Part shown: positions 46,496-55,829 of the stretch, piece after piece
Position numbering within the stretch: position 1 is the first letter of the stretch
How the letters are laid out: each line of letters starts with the position of its first letter
From: Parcubacteria bacterium C7867-008
Lineage (GTDB): Bacteria > Patescibacteriota > Minisyncoccia > Phycocordibacterales > Phycocordibacteraceae
DNA length: 64,000 bases
Direction of reading: 5' to 3'
Assembly: GCA_001189215.1 (NCBI GenBank)
Contig: LFCR01000004.1
Span: forward strand, 95,391 to 159,390
The notes under the pieces: generated by a model
Database searches by the model: none
What the model was told of the DNA's origin: nothing
Seen by the model: only the letters and a program-made list of their open reading frames with translations
Position numbers and translations under genes: made by a program

Positions 46496-47296
46496 ATGGC
46501 AGAATTTCGTAAGCAATATAATCCAAACCGAAGTTCAGACTGGAACTATGGCGGACCCAAATGGCGTCTCTCACGTTCAAAGATTGAGTTGTTTACCGAG
46601 TGTCCTCGTTGCTTCTATCTAGACAATAAACTGGGTACTGCACGTCCTCGTGGTCCTGCGTTTACCCTTAATATTGCGGTGGATGCACTTTTGAAGAAAG
46701 AGTTTGATGTGTACCGAATAGACGGCACCAAGCACCCGCTGATGGAGGCGTATGATATCAACGCTGTTCCGTTTAAGCACAAGAACATGAATACTTGGCG
46801 CGAGAACTTTGAGGGCGTTGAATTCAAACACAAAGAAACTGGCTTCACGATTTCAGGTGCAGTGGACGATATATGGGTTAATCCAGAAGGAGAACTTATT
46901 GTTGTGGACTACAAAGCAACTTCGAAAGAAGGAACAATCACTACACTCGCCGATTCTTCTTGGAACGAGCAGTATCAACGCCAAATGGGTGTCTATCAAT
47001 GGCTCCTTCGTAACAATGGATTCACGGTGTCTCCAACCGGATACTTTGTATATGCAAACGCAGGGAGTGACAAAGCAGCGTTTGATGGACAGCTTGAGTT
47101 TGAAGTAACGGTAGTGCCGTGTGAAGGAGATACCGCATGGATCGATGATGTTCTTCCAAAGATAAAAGATGCACTTGATAGCGAAGCACTACCGCCGGTG
47201 GGTGATGCCTGCGAGTTCTGCGTATACCGAGAAGCATCAGGGAAGAAACTTCAGGAGCTCTATAAGAAGAGTCTGCAGGTAAAGAAAGTGGGCTAA
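46496..47296 (+). CDS. PD-(D/E)XK nuclease family protein with Cys4 cluster (Cas4/RecB-nuclease-like)
   Basis: GAVDDIW ... VVDYKATS D-(D/E)XK motif; N-terminal CPRC plus C-terminal C...CEFC. Confidence 0.5.
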   Translation: MAEFRKQYNPNRSSDWNYGGPKWRLSRSKIELFTECPRCFYLDNKLGTARPRGPAFTLNIAVDALLKKEFDVYRIDGTKHPLMEAYDINAVPFKHKNMNTWRENFEGVEFKHKETGFTISGAVDDIWVNPEGELIVVDYKATSKEGTITTLADSSWNEQYQRQMGVYQWLLRNNGFTVSPTGYFVYANAGSDKAAFDGQLEFEVTVVPCEGDTAWIDDVLPKIKDALDSEALPPVGDACEFCVYREASGKKLQELYKKSLQVKKVG

Positions 47297-47346
47297 ACAG
47301 AAACCCCGCTTGCGCGGGGCTTTGTGACTGCAACCATTCTGGTCAG

Positions 47347-47565
47347 TCAGTCGTCCGTTGGCCTCAGAATGCCGACTGCAGTGTGGCGATCATGCGACAC
47401 ACCATCGATCACCACATGGGTGTAATCGGGACGAGCGGTGAGTGCGATTAGCGCCTGTTCAGCGTCTTGGACGTGAGCTGTGTGCGTGACACCCTCCGTC
47501 TGCGCCCACTCTTGCATCGCGTTACCGGCTTGTTTGGCCCTGGACTCAACAATTAGGACTTTCAT
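47347..47565 (-). CDS. small hypothetical protein, GC-rich
   Basis: 72-aa ORF in a GC-rich islet, flanked by a terminator at 47297-47325. Confidence 0.3.
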   Translation of the reverse strand: MKVLIVESRAKQAGNAMQEWAQTEGVTHTAHVQDAEQALIALTARPDYTHVVIDGVSHDRHTAVGILRPTDD

Positions 47566-47698
47566 GATGCACCTTTGTTCAATAGCTGTTGCTGTTGTAT
47601 CACGAGCTGTATCTTCTGTCTAAACCGTAATTTGATAAATATTAAAAATGTGTTATTCATTATTCAGCGCACATTAACGTTTACCTGGAGAGCTCATC

Positions 47699-48436
47699 TT
47701 GTCCGCACAACATATTCTGACGGCCTCATCGTGGTTTGATGCCGGCAAGCGCCTTGCTGATCTGACGCAAGATCCACAAGCAATAGAAGTTATACAGTTT
47801 CTTGGCCGGCGCCTCACAGTAGGGATGGCAAAAGAAGATCGTATCGTCCGGCTCAATTCAGATCCATCGAATGCGACTGTGTTGATACCAGTTATCGGGG
47901 TTGATAAGCTTTCCAAACTAGGCCAGCTTGTTAAAACCCCCGCCATGTATATGGGCGAAATGGATATTCTGGTCATTGATGGTGATCTTCGGATCAGTCC
48001 CATCCTTATGGGTATCTGCCTGCTTCATGAGGGGCTGCATGCGCTTGAAGCCGAACGCAACCCCATTCTTAAGGAAGTTGCAGGAACACAGCAGGGGTGG
48101 GAACACGAGCGGGATGTTGTTGAATTCCAAAACAGACTTATGCAAGTGGTTGGCGGTCCTGGGTATGAACTACTTATGAATCGCCATATCAGTAACTTGA
48201 GAAGACATTACGCAAGCATAGGAGAATTGGTCGGAACGAAGCCTATGGGGAGCGACAATCTTCCACTTTGGCTTGAGGAATTGTTTGGTCCGGCGGCAAC
48301 GTCATACGAGGCCACGATTCGACACTCGTTCTTTATAACCCACGCACAAATGGAATTGGTCAGCCAAGATCGCCCTAATGAAGCCCAACAACTTCAGACT
48401 CAGATTGTGCAAGGAATAGCACCCACAGAAACCTAA
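47699..48436 (+). CDS. hypothetical protein with HExxH motif
   Basis: LHEGLHALE. Confidence 0.35.
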   Translation: MSAQHILTASSWFDAGKRLADLTQDPQAIEVIQFLGRRLTVGMAKEDRIVRLNSDPSNATVLIPVIGVDKLSKLGQLVKTPAMYMGEMDILVIDGDLRISPILMGICLLHEGLHALEAERNPILKEVAGTQQGWEHERDVVEFQNRLMQVVGGPGYELLMNRHISNLRRHYASIGELVGTKPMGSDNLPLWLEELFGPAATSYEATIRHSFFITHAQMELVSQDRPNEAQQLQTQIVQGIAPTET

Positions 48437-48507
48437 TTTATTGACTGCATACCAAAAGGGGTCGGCTCAGCGAGCTGACCCCGGACGGAGCAGTTTTTTC
48501 ATATCTA

Positions 48508-49209
48508 GTGTTCAACAATTTGGAGACGTATACTTTTATTATGAATGTACAGCTTGAAGAGACTTGGAAGAGTAAGTTAGAGGGCGAGTTTAAGAAGACT
48601 TATTTTAAGGAGCTCACAAGCTTTGTGAAAGAAGAGTATGCAAACGCTACGACATACCCAGCTCCAAAGAATATATTCCGTGCATTTGAATTAACTCCAT
48701 TTAATAAGGTTAGGGTAGTGATACTTGGACAAGATCCATACCACGGACCCAAACAAGCAATTGGTCTCTCGTTTGCGGTAACAGAAGGTATACGTAATCC
48801 ACCGTCGCTACAGAATATCTTTAAAGAGTTGCAGGGTGATCTTGATGCACCACTTGTACATACAGACGGTGATCTATCTCGTTGGGCAGAACAAGGTGTT
48901 CTACTTCTTAATGCAACACTGACCGTACGCGCAGCATCAGCAGGCTCCCATCAGGGTAAAGGGTGGGAACAGTTTACCGATGCAGTGATTAAGAAACTAT
49001 CGGATGAACGAGAGCATCTGGTATTTATTCTGTGGGGTAACTATGCACGTACTAAAGGTGCACACATAGATCGAACCAAACACTTGGTTATAGAATCGGC
49101 ACACCCGTCTCCATTTTCAGCAACGAATGGATTCTTTGGTTCAAAGCCATTTAGTAAGACAAATGAATATCTAACAGAGCACAGTGAGACACCTATCGAT
49201 TGGCTCTAG
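48508..49209 (+). CDS. ung: uracil-DNA glycosylase (family 1)
   Basis: VVILGQDPYHGP and HPSPFS motifs. Confidence 0.9.
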   Translation: MFNNLETYTFIMNVQLEETWKSKLEGEFKKTYFKELTSFVKEEYANATTYPAPKNIFRAFELTPFNKVRVVILGQDPYHGPKQAIGLSFAVTEGIRNPPSLQNIFKELQGDLDAPLVHTDGDLSRWAEQGVLLLNATLTVRAASAGSHQGKGWEQFTDAVIKKLSDEREHLVFILWGNYARTKGAHIDRTKHLVIESAHPSPFSATNGFFGSKPFSKTNEYLTEHSETPIDWL

Positions 49210-51192
49210 CTACCAGATCTTGGCGCGCTTAAAAGGTTCTCGATATAATTTGTCTCCTTTCTTAACGTTGTAGACGTTATAAAAGGTCTCAATATTAGAT
49301 GCCACTCCATTAATACGATTTGGTCCTGGGGCATGGGGATCAGTGAGTACCATCATTTTCTCAAACTCAGGACGTGTGTTCTCTCGTTCAAATAGTGCAA
49401 ACCCCATGAAGAAACGTTGCTCTGGTGTATAACCAGCGATATCTTTACGACCGGTGCGTGCGAGCTGAAGCTTATATGCATCGAGTGCAATAGAGAGACC
49501 ACCGAGATCCGCAATATTCTCGCCAAGGGTAAGCTTTCCGTTTACCCGTACACCATCAGCGACGGTATATTCATCAAACTGCTTACGCACGATCTCCGCC
49601 TTCTTCATAAAACGTTTCCTGTCTTCGGGTGTCCACCAACTCTTGAGATTACCTTTCGCATCATACTTAGATCCTTCGTCGTCAAAGCCATGCGTAATTT
49701 CATGACCTATAGTCATTCCTATACAGCCGTAGTTAATACCATCGTCACCATGTTCATCAAAGAATGGTGGCTGGAGAATTGCTGCAGGGAAGGCAATATC
49801 ATTCAGTGTTGGGGCAAAGTATGCATTTACCGTTTGTGGGTACATATGCCATTCAGCACGATCCACAGGCTTAGTGAGTTTTTTTACCTCGCGACGATGC
49901 TCAAATGCACTCGCACGTAGCAGGTTGCCGACATAGTCGTTTGGGGTTATCACCAGACCAGCGTAGGACTTCCACTTATCTGGGTACCCAATCTTTCGAT
50001 TAAATGCAGCAAGTTTATGTAATGCTTTTTTCTTGGTTGCAGAACTCATCCAATCAAGAGCCTTGAGACGCGCTTCGTACGCTGTAAACAAGTCATCAAT
50101 TATCAGATTCATTTTCTTTTTTGCACTTTCGGGAAAATGCTTCTGAACATAGATCTTTCCAAGCTGTTCTCCCAGGTTAGCGTTAACACTTCCAAGAATA
50201 CGGCGCCAAAGAGGCTTCATCTTTTTCGTACCACTAAGTACCTTTCCATAGAAAGAAAAAGACTGAGCAATAAATCGTGATGAAAGAGCTCCAGACATAC
50301 CATTTACTAAATGCCATTCAAGGTATGTTTTCCAATCTTCAATAGAAACAGTATCGAACATTGAAGAGAGACCTGTGAAGAACTCGGGTGTCGTTACGAT
50401 AACGTCACGAACAGGATCAAGGTTGTTGTGCGCTAAGTAATAATTCCAATCAATATTGGGCCCAAGTGTTCTGAGTGCCTTTAGAGACTTTTTGTTATAG
50501 GTGAGATCCGGATCACGCAGATCCTCCTTCTTCATGGAGATCCTTGCGAGTTGCGTTTCAATCCTAAGCAATGTTTCCGTGTCCTTTTCTGACTCTGCAG
50601 TAGATCGTCCGATCATTTTGAATACTTTCGCTACATGAATTCGATATTCCGTACGAACACGGAGTGATTCAGGATCGTTCTTAAGGTAGTAGTCCCGCTC
50701 TGGCATACCTAAGCCACCCTGACCGACATACAACGCATACCGATCACTATTCTTAGCGTCCTGATCGATTCCAATATCCCAGATACCCGCCACACCGATC
50801 TTATCTAGTTTTGCGAGAACTATTTGTAGATCCTTCTTGTTCTGTATCGATTCGATCATTCTTTGGAATGGTTCAACCGGCTTGATATCAAGTGCGTTCC
50901 TGCGCTTCATATCCATTCCAGAACGATAGAAGTCTCTGATCAGTTGCTCTGGACTTCCTTTCTTCACGCTCTTCTTTACCTCAAGTTCCTGGAGGATCGT
51001 GTACAGCTGCTTATCTGTTTTGTATCTCAAGGCAACAAAAGCACCCCATCGTGATTCACTTGCGGGGATTTTATTTGTGCGTACCCACCCTCCATTTACA
51101 TGCTGATAGAAGTCATCTTGAGGTCGCGTTTCAAGATCCATCGTCTTTGGAGTGAATTCAGCAAGGGGAGATCTTTTCTTTTGTGATGCCAT
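49210..51192 (-). CDS. M13-family zinc metallopeptidase (PepO/neprilysin-like)
   Basis: HEITHGFD and ENIADLGG motifs. Confidence 0.9.
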   Translation of the reverse strand: MASQKKRSPLAEFTPKTMDLETRPQDDFYQHVNGGWVRTNKIPASESRWGAFVALRYKTDKQLYTILQELEVKKSVKKGSPEQLIRDFYRSGMDMKRRNALDIKPVEPFQRMIESIQNKKDLQIVLAKLDKIGVAGIWDIGIDQDAKNSDRYALYVGQGGLGMPERDYYLKNDPESLRVRTEYRIHVAKVFKMIGRSTAESEKDTETLLRIETQLARISMKKEDLRDPDLTYNKKSLKALRTLGPNIDWNYYLAHNNLDPVRDVIVTTPEFFTGLSSMFDTVSIEDWKTYLEWHLVNGMSGALSSRFIAQSFSFYGKVLSGTKKMKPLWRRILGSVNANLGEQLGKIYVQKHFPESAKKKMNLIIDDLFTAYEARLKALDWMSSATKKKALHKLAAFNRKIGYPDKWKSYAGLVITPNDYVGNLLRASAFEHRREVKKLTKPVDRAEWHMYPQTVNAYFAPTLNDIAFPAAILQPPFFDEHGDDGINYGCIGMTIGHEITHGFDDEGSKYDAKGNLKSWWTPEDRKRFMKKAEIVRKQFDEYTVADGVRVNGKLTLGENIADLGGLSIALDAYKLQLARTGRKDIAGYTPEQRFFMGFALFERENTRPEFEKMMVLTDPHAPGPNRINGVASNIETFYNVYNVKKGDKLYREPFKRAKIW

Positions 51193-51257
51193 TGCAACAA
51201 GTATACCCAGGTATATTGGTTCTTTCCATGAGAACCTAATATGGTATCTTCATCTCT

Positions 51258-53177
51258 ATGACCGTCTCAGACGTACGTAAACGATTCCTAGAGTTCTATA
51301 AGGCACGCGGCCATGTGATTATTCCGTCGGCGCCGATTGTTCCGGGCAATGATCCAACCACTCTGTTTACCTCTTCCGGTATGCAGCCACTAGTGCCATA
51401 CCTCCTTGGCAAAGACCACCCTGAAGGTACTCGTATCGTTAACTCGCAGATGAGCTTCCGTGCTGGAGATATTGAAGAAGTGGGGGACAATCGGCACACC
51501 ACCTTCTTTGAGATGCTTGGTAACTGGTCTCTCGGAGACTATTTCAAGAAAGAGCAGCTTCCATGGGTATTTGAATTTCTAACCAGTAAGGAAGAAGGGC
51601 TTGGCCTTGATCCAGAGAAACTCTATGTAACGGTATTCGGGGGAGATGATGAAGCCAACATGCCAGAAGATACAGAAGCTGTTGAGCTTTGGAAGGGACT
51701 GTTTGCAGATAAAGGTATCACCGCAGAGTTTGCTAACTTAGGAACTGAGGAAGAAGGGTATGAGCGTGGCATGCACGGTACTGAACGTATCTTTGCGTAT
51801 GGTGCCAAGAAGAACTGGTGGAGCCGTGCAGGAGTACCGAGCAACATGCCTGCAGGGGAACCTGGTGGTCCAGACTCCGAGGTCTTTTATGACTTCGGTC
51901 TTCCACATGATGAGAAGTGGGGTGCACACTGCCATCCAAACTGCGACTGTGGTCGGTTTGTTGAGATTGGTAACTCAGTCTTCATGCAGTTCATTAAGAA
52001 CGAAGATGGTTCATTCTCTAATCTTCCAAAGCAAAACGTAGACTTCGGTGGTGGTCTTGAACGGCTTACCTTTGCTACCATCGGTATTCCAGATGCATTT
52101 CTTATCGATGTCTTCGATGCAGCACGAGAGGTGCTTGAATCGCGTACCGGAGTGAAGTATGGGGCTGATGAAACATCAACCAAATCATTCCGTATAATCC
52201 TTGACCACATGCGCGCAGCAGCATTCATGCTTGCTGAGGGAGTAACCCCATCAAATACCGAAGCAGGGTACGTACTTCGTCGTCTGATTCGCCGTGCACT
52301 ACGCGAAGCAGACCGTTTGAATATTCAGGAGCCTGTGCTTGCAGATGTTGCCCAGGGATACGGTAAGGCATATGCAGACCACTATCCCCATGTGCTTGAG
52401 CGTTCAGAAACTATCCAAGAAGAACTCGCTAAAGAAGAGGAACAGTTCCGTACGACGCTCAAGAATGGTCTTAAGGAGTTTGAGAAACTCACTGCAAAGG
52501 GAACTATTGAACCAGAAGATGCGTTCACTCTTTTCACTACCTATGGCTTCCCAGTTGAGATGACCGAAGAACTCGCTAATGAACGGGAGCTTGAACTCGA
52601 CCTCACTGCCGTAATGAAGCTCATGGAGCAACATCAGGAGACATCACGCGCAGGCGGTGCACAGCGCTTTGCAGGTGGCCTCGCAGATCATGCAGAACAA
52701 ACGGTCCGCTACCACACCACCCATCACATCCTTCTTGCTGCACTGCAAAAAGTTCTAGGTCCTGATGTGAAGCAGCGCGGTTCTAACATCACCTCAGAAC
52801 GTCTTCGTATAGACTTCTCAGCTCCTGCAAAGATGACCGACGAACAAAAAGCTGAAGTAGAACGCATTGTGAACGAAGTGGTGTATCAGGATCTGCCGGT
52901 GAGTCGTACAGTCATGCCGAAGACAGAAGCTGAACAGCTTGGTGCCCAGATGGAATTCGGGGTGAAATACCCAGACATGGTGTCGGTGTATTCCGTTGGT
53001 CCGATTCATGCGACTCCTGAGAATCCAGACATCCCAAATGCATTCTCTCTAGAATTCTGTGGAGGTCCTCACGTATCAAACACTAAAGAGATTCACGATG
53101 GCGATAAGAAGTTCAAGATTCAGAAAGAAGAAGCGGTAGCAGCTGGTGTTCGTCGTATCAAAGCGGTGCTCGTATAG
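51258..53177 (+). CDS. alaS: alanyl-tRNA synthetase lacking the C-terminal C-Ala domain
   Basis: N-terminal FTSSGM...RHTTFFEMLGNWSLGDYFK; editing-domain HxxxH (TTHHILLAAL) and CGGPH; only 639 aa. Confidence 0.9.
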   Translation: MTVSDVRKRFLEFYKARGHVIIPSAPIVPGNDPTTLFTSSGMQPLVPYLLGKDHPEGTRIVNSQMSFRAGDIEEVGDNRHTTFFEMLGNWSLGDYFKKEQLPWVFEFLTSKEEGLGLDPEKLYVTVFGGDDEANMPEDTEAVELWKGLFADKGITAEFANLGTEEEGYERGMHGTERIFAYGAKKNWWSRAGVPSNMPAGEPGGPDSEVFYDFGLPHDEKWGAHCHPNCDCGRFVEIGNSVFMQFIKNEDGSFSNLPKQNVDFGGGLERLTFATIGIPDAFLIDVFDAAREVLESRTGVKYGADETSTKSFRIILDHMRAAAFMLAEGVTPSNTEAGYVLRRLIRRALREADRLNIQEPVLADVAQGYGKAYADHYPHVLERSETIQEELAKEEEQFRTTLKNGLKEFEKLTAKGTIEPEDAFTLFTTYGFPVEMTEELANERELELDLTAVMKLMEQHQETSRAGGAQRFAGGLADHAEQTVRYHTTHHILLAALQKVLGPDVKQRGSNITSERLRIDFSAPAKMTDEQKAEVERIVNEVVYQDLPVSRTVMPKTEAEQLGAQMEFGVKYPDMVSVYSVGPIHATPENPDIPNAFSLEFCGGPHVSNTKEIHDGDKKFKIQKEEAVAAGVRRIKAVLV

Positions 53178-53183
53178 GTAGAC

Positions 53184-53936
53184 ATGAGCACCGAAGAGCC
53201 GAGTCGGAAACTATCTCAGTCTTTGCCTGAATTCCTATTCCGATCGGCAGAAGGTTTATCTGTCGATGCAGAAGTGCTTACTGATGTACCCGTACACATA
53301 TTTTCAGCTGAGATGCAGACATATATAGAAAAGAAATGGGAAACATTTCTAACTGCACACCCAGAACTATTTGATGGTCCGTTACTTCGTGTACTTAGCG
53401 CATCCAAAACTCCTACCGGTATTAGACTTTCAACCACATCAGACATTACCTATAAACAGGTAATTGGCGTTCGTAGTCGAGGCAGTGAGGACGCTGTGCC
53501 CGAAGAATCCTTTCAAGTAGTGAGTATGATTCTCATACCACGTACTATTGATGGTGTATTTATATTAAGAGAACGAACGTCAGGAGACTGGGAACACTCG
53601 CTAGAACTTCCGGGTGGATTTATAAAGCCCGCTGAAGTACTAGCACTAGATGGTAATCTCAACGCAATAGCTCAACGCATTGCAGCAAAAGAGGTGCAAG
53701 AAGGAACTTTTTATCCAGAATCAATTTCATTACTTGGTGCACTTAATTACACTGCGATAAATGAATTGATGCTTGTCTTTGATGTGCCACTTAATATTGA
53801 ATTTGCAGAATATCAGTCACTCTGCGCAGAAGCTCATGGCGTTCAAGCGCCCAACCTCGCACTGTCTGGAGCAATACCATTACATATTCCTACGAAGGTC
53901 GTATTACATGCATATCTGCAGCACGTAGTTGTATAA
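53184..53936 (+). CDS. hypothetical protein (weak Nudix-fold resemblance)
   Basis: LPGGFIKPAEV...AKEVQEG is a degenerate Nudix-like segment. Confidence 0.35.
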   Translation: MSTEEPSRKLSQSLPEFLFRSAEGLSVDAEVLTDVPVHIFSAEMQTYIEKKWETFLTAHPELFDGPLLRVLSASKTPTGIRLSTTSDITYKQVIGVRSRGSEDAVPEESFQVVSMILIPRTIDGVFILRERTSGDWEHSLELPGGFIKPAEVLALDGNLNAIAQRIAAKEVQEGTFYPESISLLGALNYTAINELMLVFDVPLNIEFAEYQSLCAEAHGVQAPNLALSGAIPLHIPTKVVLHAYLQHVVV

Positions 53937-53940
53937 AAAT

Positions 53941-53987
53941 AAACCGCCCGGAGAAGCGGATTCAACTCCGGGCTTCTTAGGCGGTTT
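53941..53987. terminator. bidirectional intrinsic terminator
   Basis: AAACCGCCCGGAG...CTCCGGGCTTCTTAGGCGGTTT nested hairpin between convergent genes. Confidence 0.55.
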
Positions 53988-53990
53988 CGT

Positions 53991-54275
53991 CTACATGGAC
54001 ACAAATGTCACAATGAGGGAGAGGACCGTGATACCGGCACACACCCTCCACGCGTACCTTGCGATACCTGCAGCGCTGAACGCACGGTCTGTGCGAGCAT
54101 GTACAGCCCTGCTTTGCTCACTGTGGCGAAAAAATACTTCGGCCACAGCTTCTTCATCAAAGTAATATCTTCCAGCTCTCATGAGCAAGAAGAACCCCAA
54201 CAACCAGATCAGCACCGTGAGCACGAGCCCACCGATGAAAATCCAGAGACTGATCTCATGGATGACAAGCTGCAT
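53991..54275 (-). CDS. small membrane protein
   Basis: Two TM helices. Confidence 0.3.
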   Translation of the reverse strand: MQLVIHEISLWIFIGGLVLTVLIWLLGFFLLMRAGRYYFDEEAVAEVFFRHSEQSRAVHARTDRAFSAAGIARYAWRVCAGITVLSLIVTFVSM

Positions 54276-54406
54276 CGATTAAATCCTCAAATGCGGTGGA
54301 ACGTTCGTAAATATAATACTTTAAAATATACTTGTTGTCAATAATTATGCAGTTATTAATTGTTGCAGATCTTCAATGTTAATTACTGCTTGCTATACTT
54401 CTAGTA

Positions 54407-55729
54407 ATGGGTCTTTTTAGTAGCAAGAAACGATCAACACAAATAATGATCGACGTCGGTTCATCGTCAGTAGGCGGTGCGTATGTCTATTACGAAACCG
54501 GTCAGCTACCCGTCATCTACTACAGCACGCGCATAAATATGGAAGCGCGTCCAAATGAGACACATGAAGAGCTCATGTTACGTACTCTTGAAGAGGTAAC
54601 AGATCGCCTTGTAAAAGAAGGTGCACCGGATGTACGTAGAGAAGTAGGTCATGCGCATGCAGACGGCATATTAATTTCAATTGCGGCACCGTGGCAGGAG
54701 ACCCGCGTACGTACCGAAACTATTCAGTCAGTGCGTCCTTTTCTATTCACCAAGAAACTCCTGAACGAAACCGTGCGTAAAAGTGCGAACGTCCCAGAGG
54801 GATGGATTGATTCTGGAGACTCGGTTATCGCAACCATTCTTAATGGGTACGAGATACCGAATCCATTTGGTAAGCAGGTGAAACGTGCAGAGCTGGTTAT
54901 TCTTTCTTCAACACTCCTCAAGGAAGTGATGACGAGTATCGAGAAAGTGATGCGTAAGGCATTTCATAGCCATGAGGTTACCTTCACGGGATTTGCACCA
55001 ATGTGGTATCGAATCTTCCGTGAGCTCTATCAGCATGAGAAGGACTATCTCATCCTTGATATACGAGGTGCCCGTAGTGATCTCGCCTTTATACAGCGAG
55101 GCCTTCTGCGTGACGTGGGATCTATCCCTCATGGCACCCGCGCACTCCTTTCTATAGGTCAGGCAGCCTCTGATCTCATTCCAGCCGCTGTTATCCCGCA
55201 AGGTAGTGGTTTGGGAGCAAGCTATCTCAATCGTAGTCGTAACGTGCAGTTCGGTGCTCGTGTACAAGAAGCAGAAGAAGAGTGGATTGAATGCCTTGCA
55301 ACACTTCTAAAGGAATTCGCAGGTAGACAAGCATTGCCTCGTACTATGTTCTTGCTTGCAGATGATGATGTGCGTGGATTCCTGGTACGTGCACTTGATA
55401 CTCCCACCATTCACACCATGTGGCTCTCTGATGAACCGCTTCGTATTGTTCCGGTAACACCCGCACAGTTCACTCCCTATGTACGAACATTCGGTACGAA
55501 CGCCGCAGACATCTTTATAGACCTCCTTGCGCTCTATCACACCAAGAGCACGCCTGCGATTGAAAATGAGCCTGATATTCTTCCGCCACCCGTGAAGTTA
55601 ACGAAGCAACAAAAGAAAGCACTCAAGGAACAAGAGAAGGAGGCAGCTAAAGCAGCACGTCCAACCGTTGGTGATATGGTCTCATCAGCACCGATTGATG
55701 GAGAAGGAGAGCCAGATTTCAGCATGTAG
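54407..55729 (+). CDS. actin-like ATPase fold protein (FtsA/PilM-like)
   Basis: N-terminal IMIDVGSSSVGGAY phosphate-1-like motif. Confidence 0.4.
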   Translation: MGLFSSKKRSTQIMIDVGSSSVGGAYVYYETGQLPVIYYSTRINMEARPNETHEELMLRTLEEVTDRLVKEGAPDVRREVGHAHADGILISIAAPWQETRVRTETIQSVRPFLFTKKLLNETVRKSANVPEGWIDSGDSVIATILNGYEIPNPFGKQVKRAELVILSSTLLKEVMTSIEKVMRKAFHSHEVTFTGFAPMWYRIFRELYQHEKDYLILDIRGARSDLAFIQRGLLRDVGSIPHGTRALLSIGQAASDLIPAAVIPQGSGLGASYLNRSRNVQFGARVQEAEEEWIECLATLLKEFAGRQALPRTMFLLADDDVRGFLVRALDTPTIHTMWLSDEPLRIVPVTPAQFTPYVRTFGTNAADIFIDLLALYHTKSTPAIENEPDILPPPVKLTKQQKKALKEQEKEAAKAARPTVGDMVSSAPIDGEGEPDFSM

Positions 55730-55829
55730 GCTTGCCCACAGGGGTGGTCGCATCCGGGATTAGGAGGAGTATACTTACGGGGTACTTATTGGCAGGGCGC
55801 TTATCCTGGTTTTTGCATATATCTATCTT

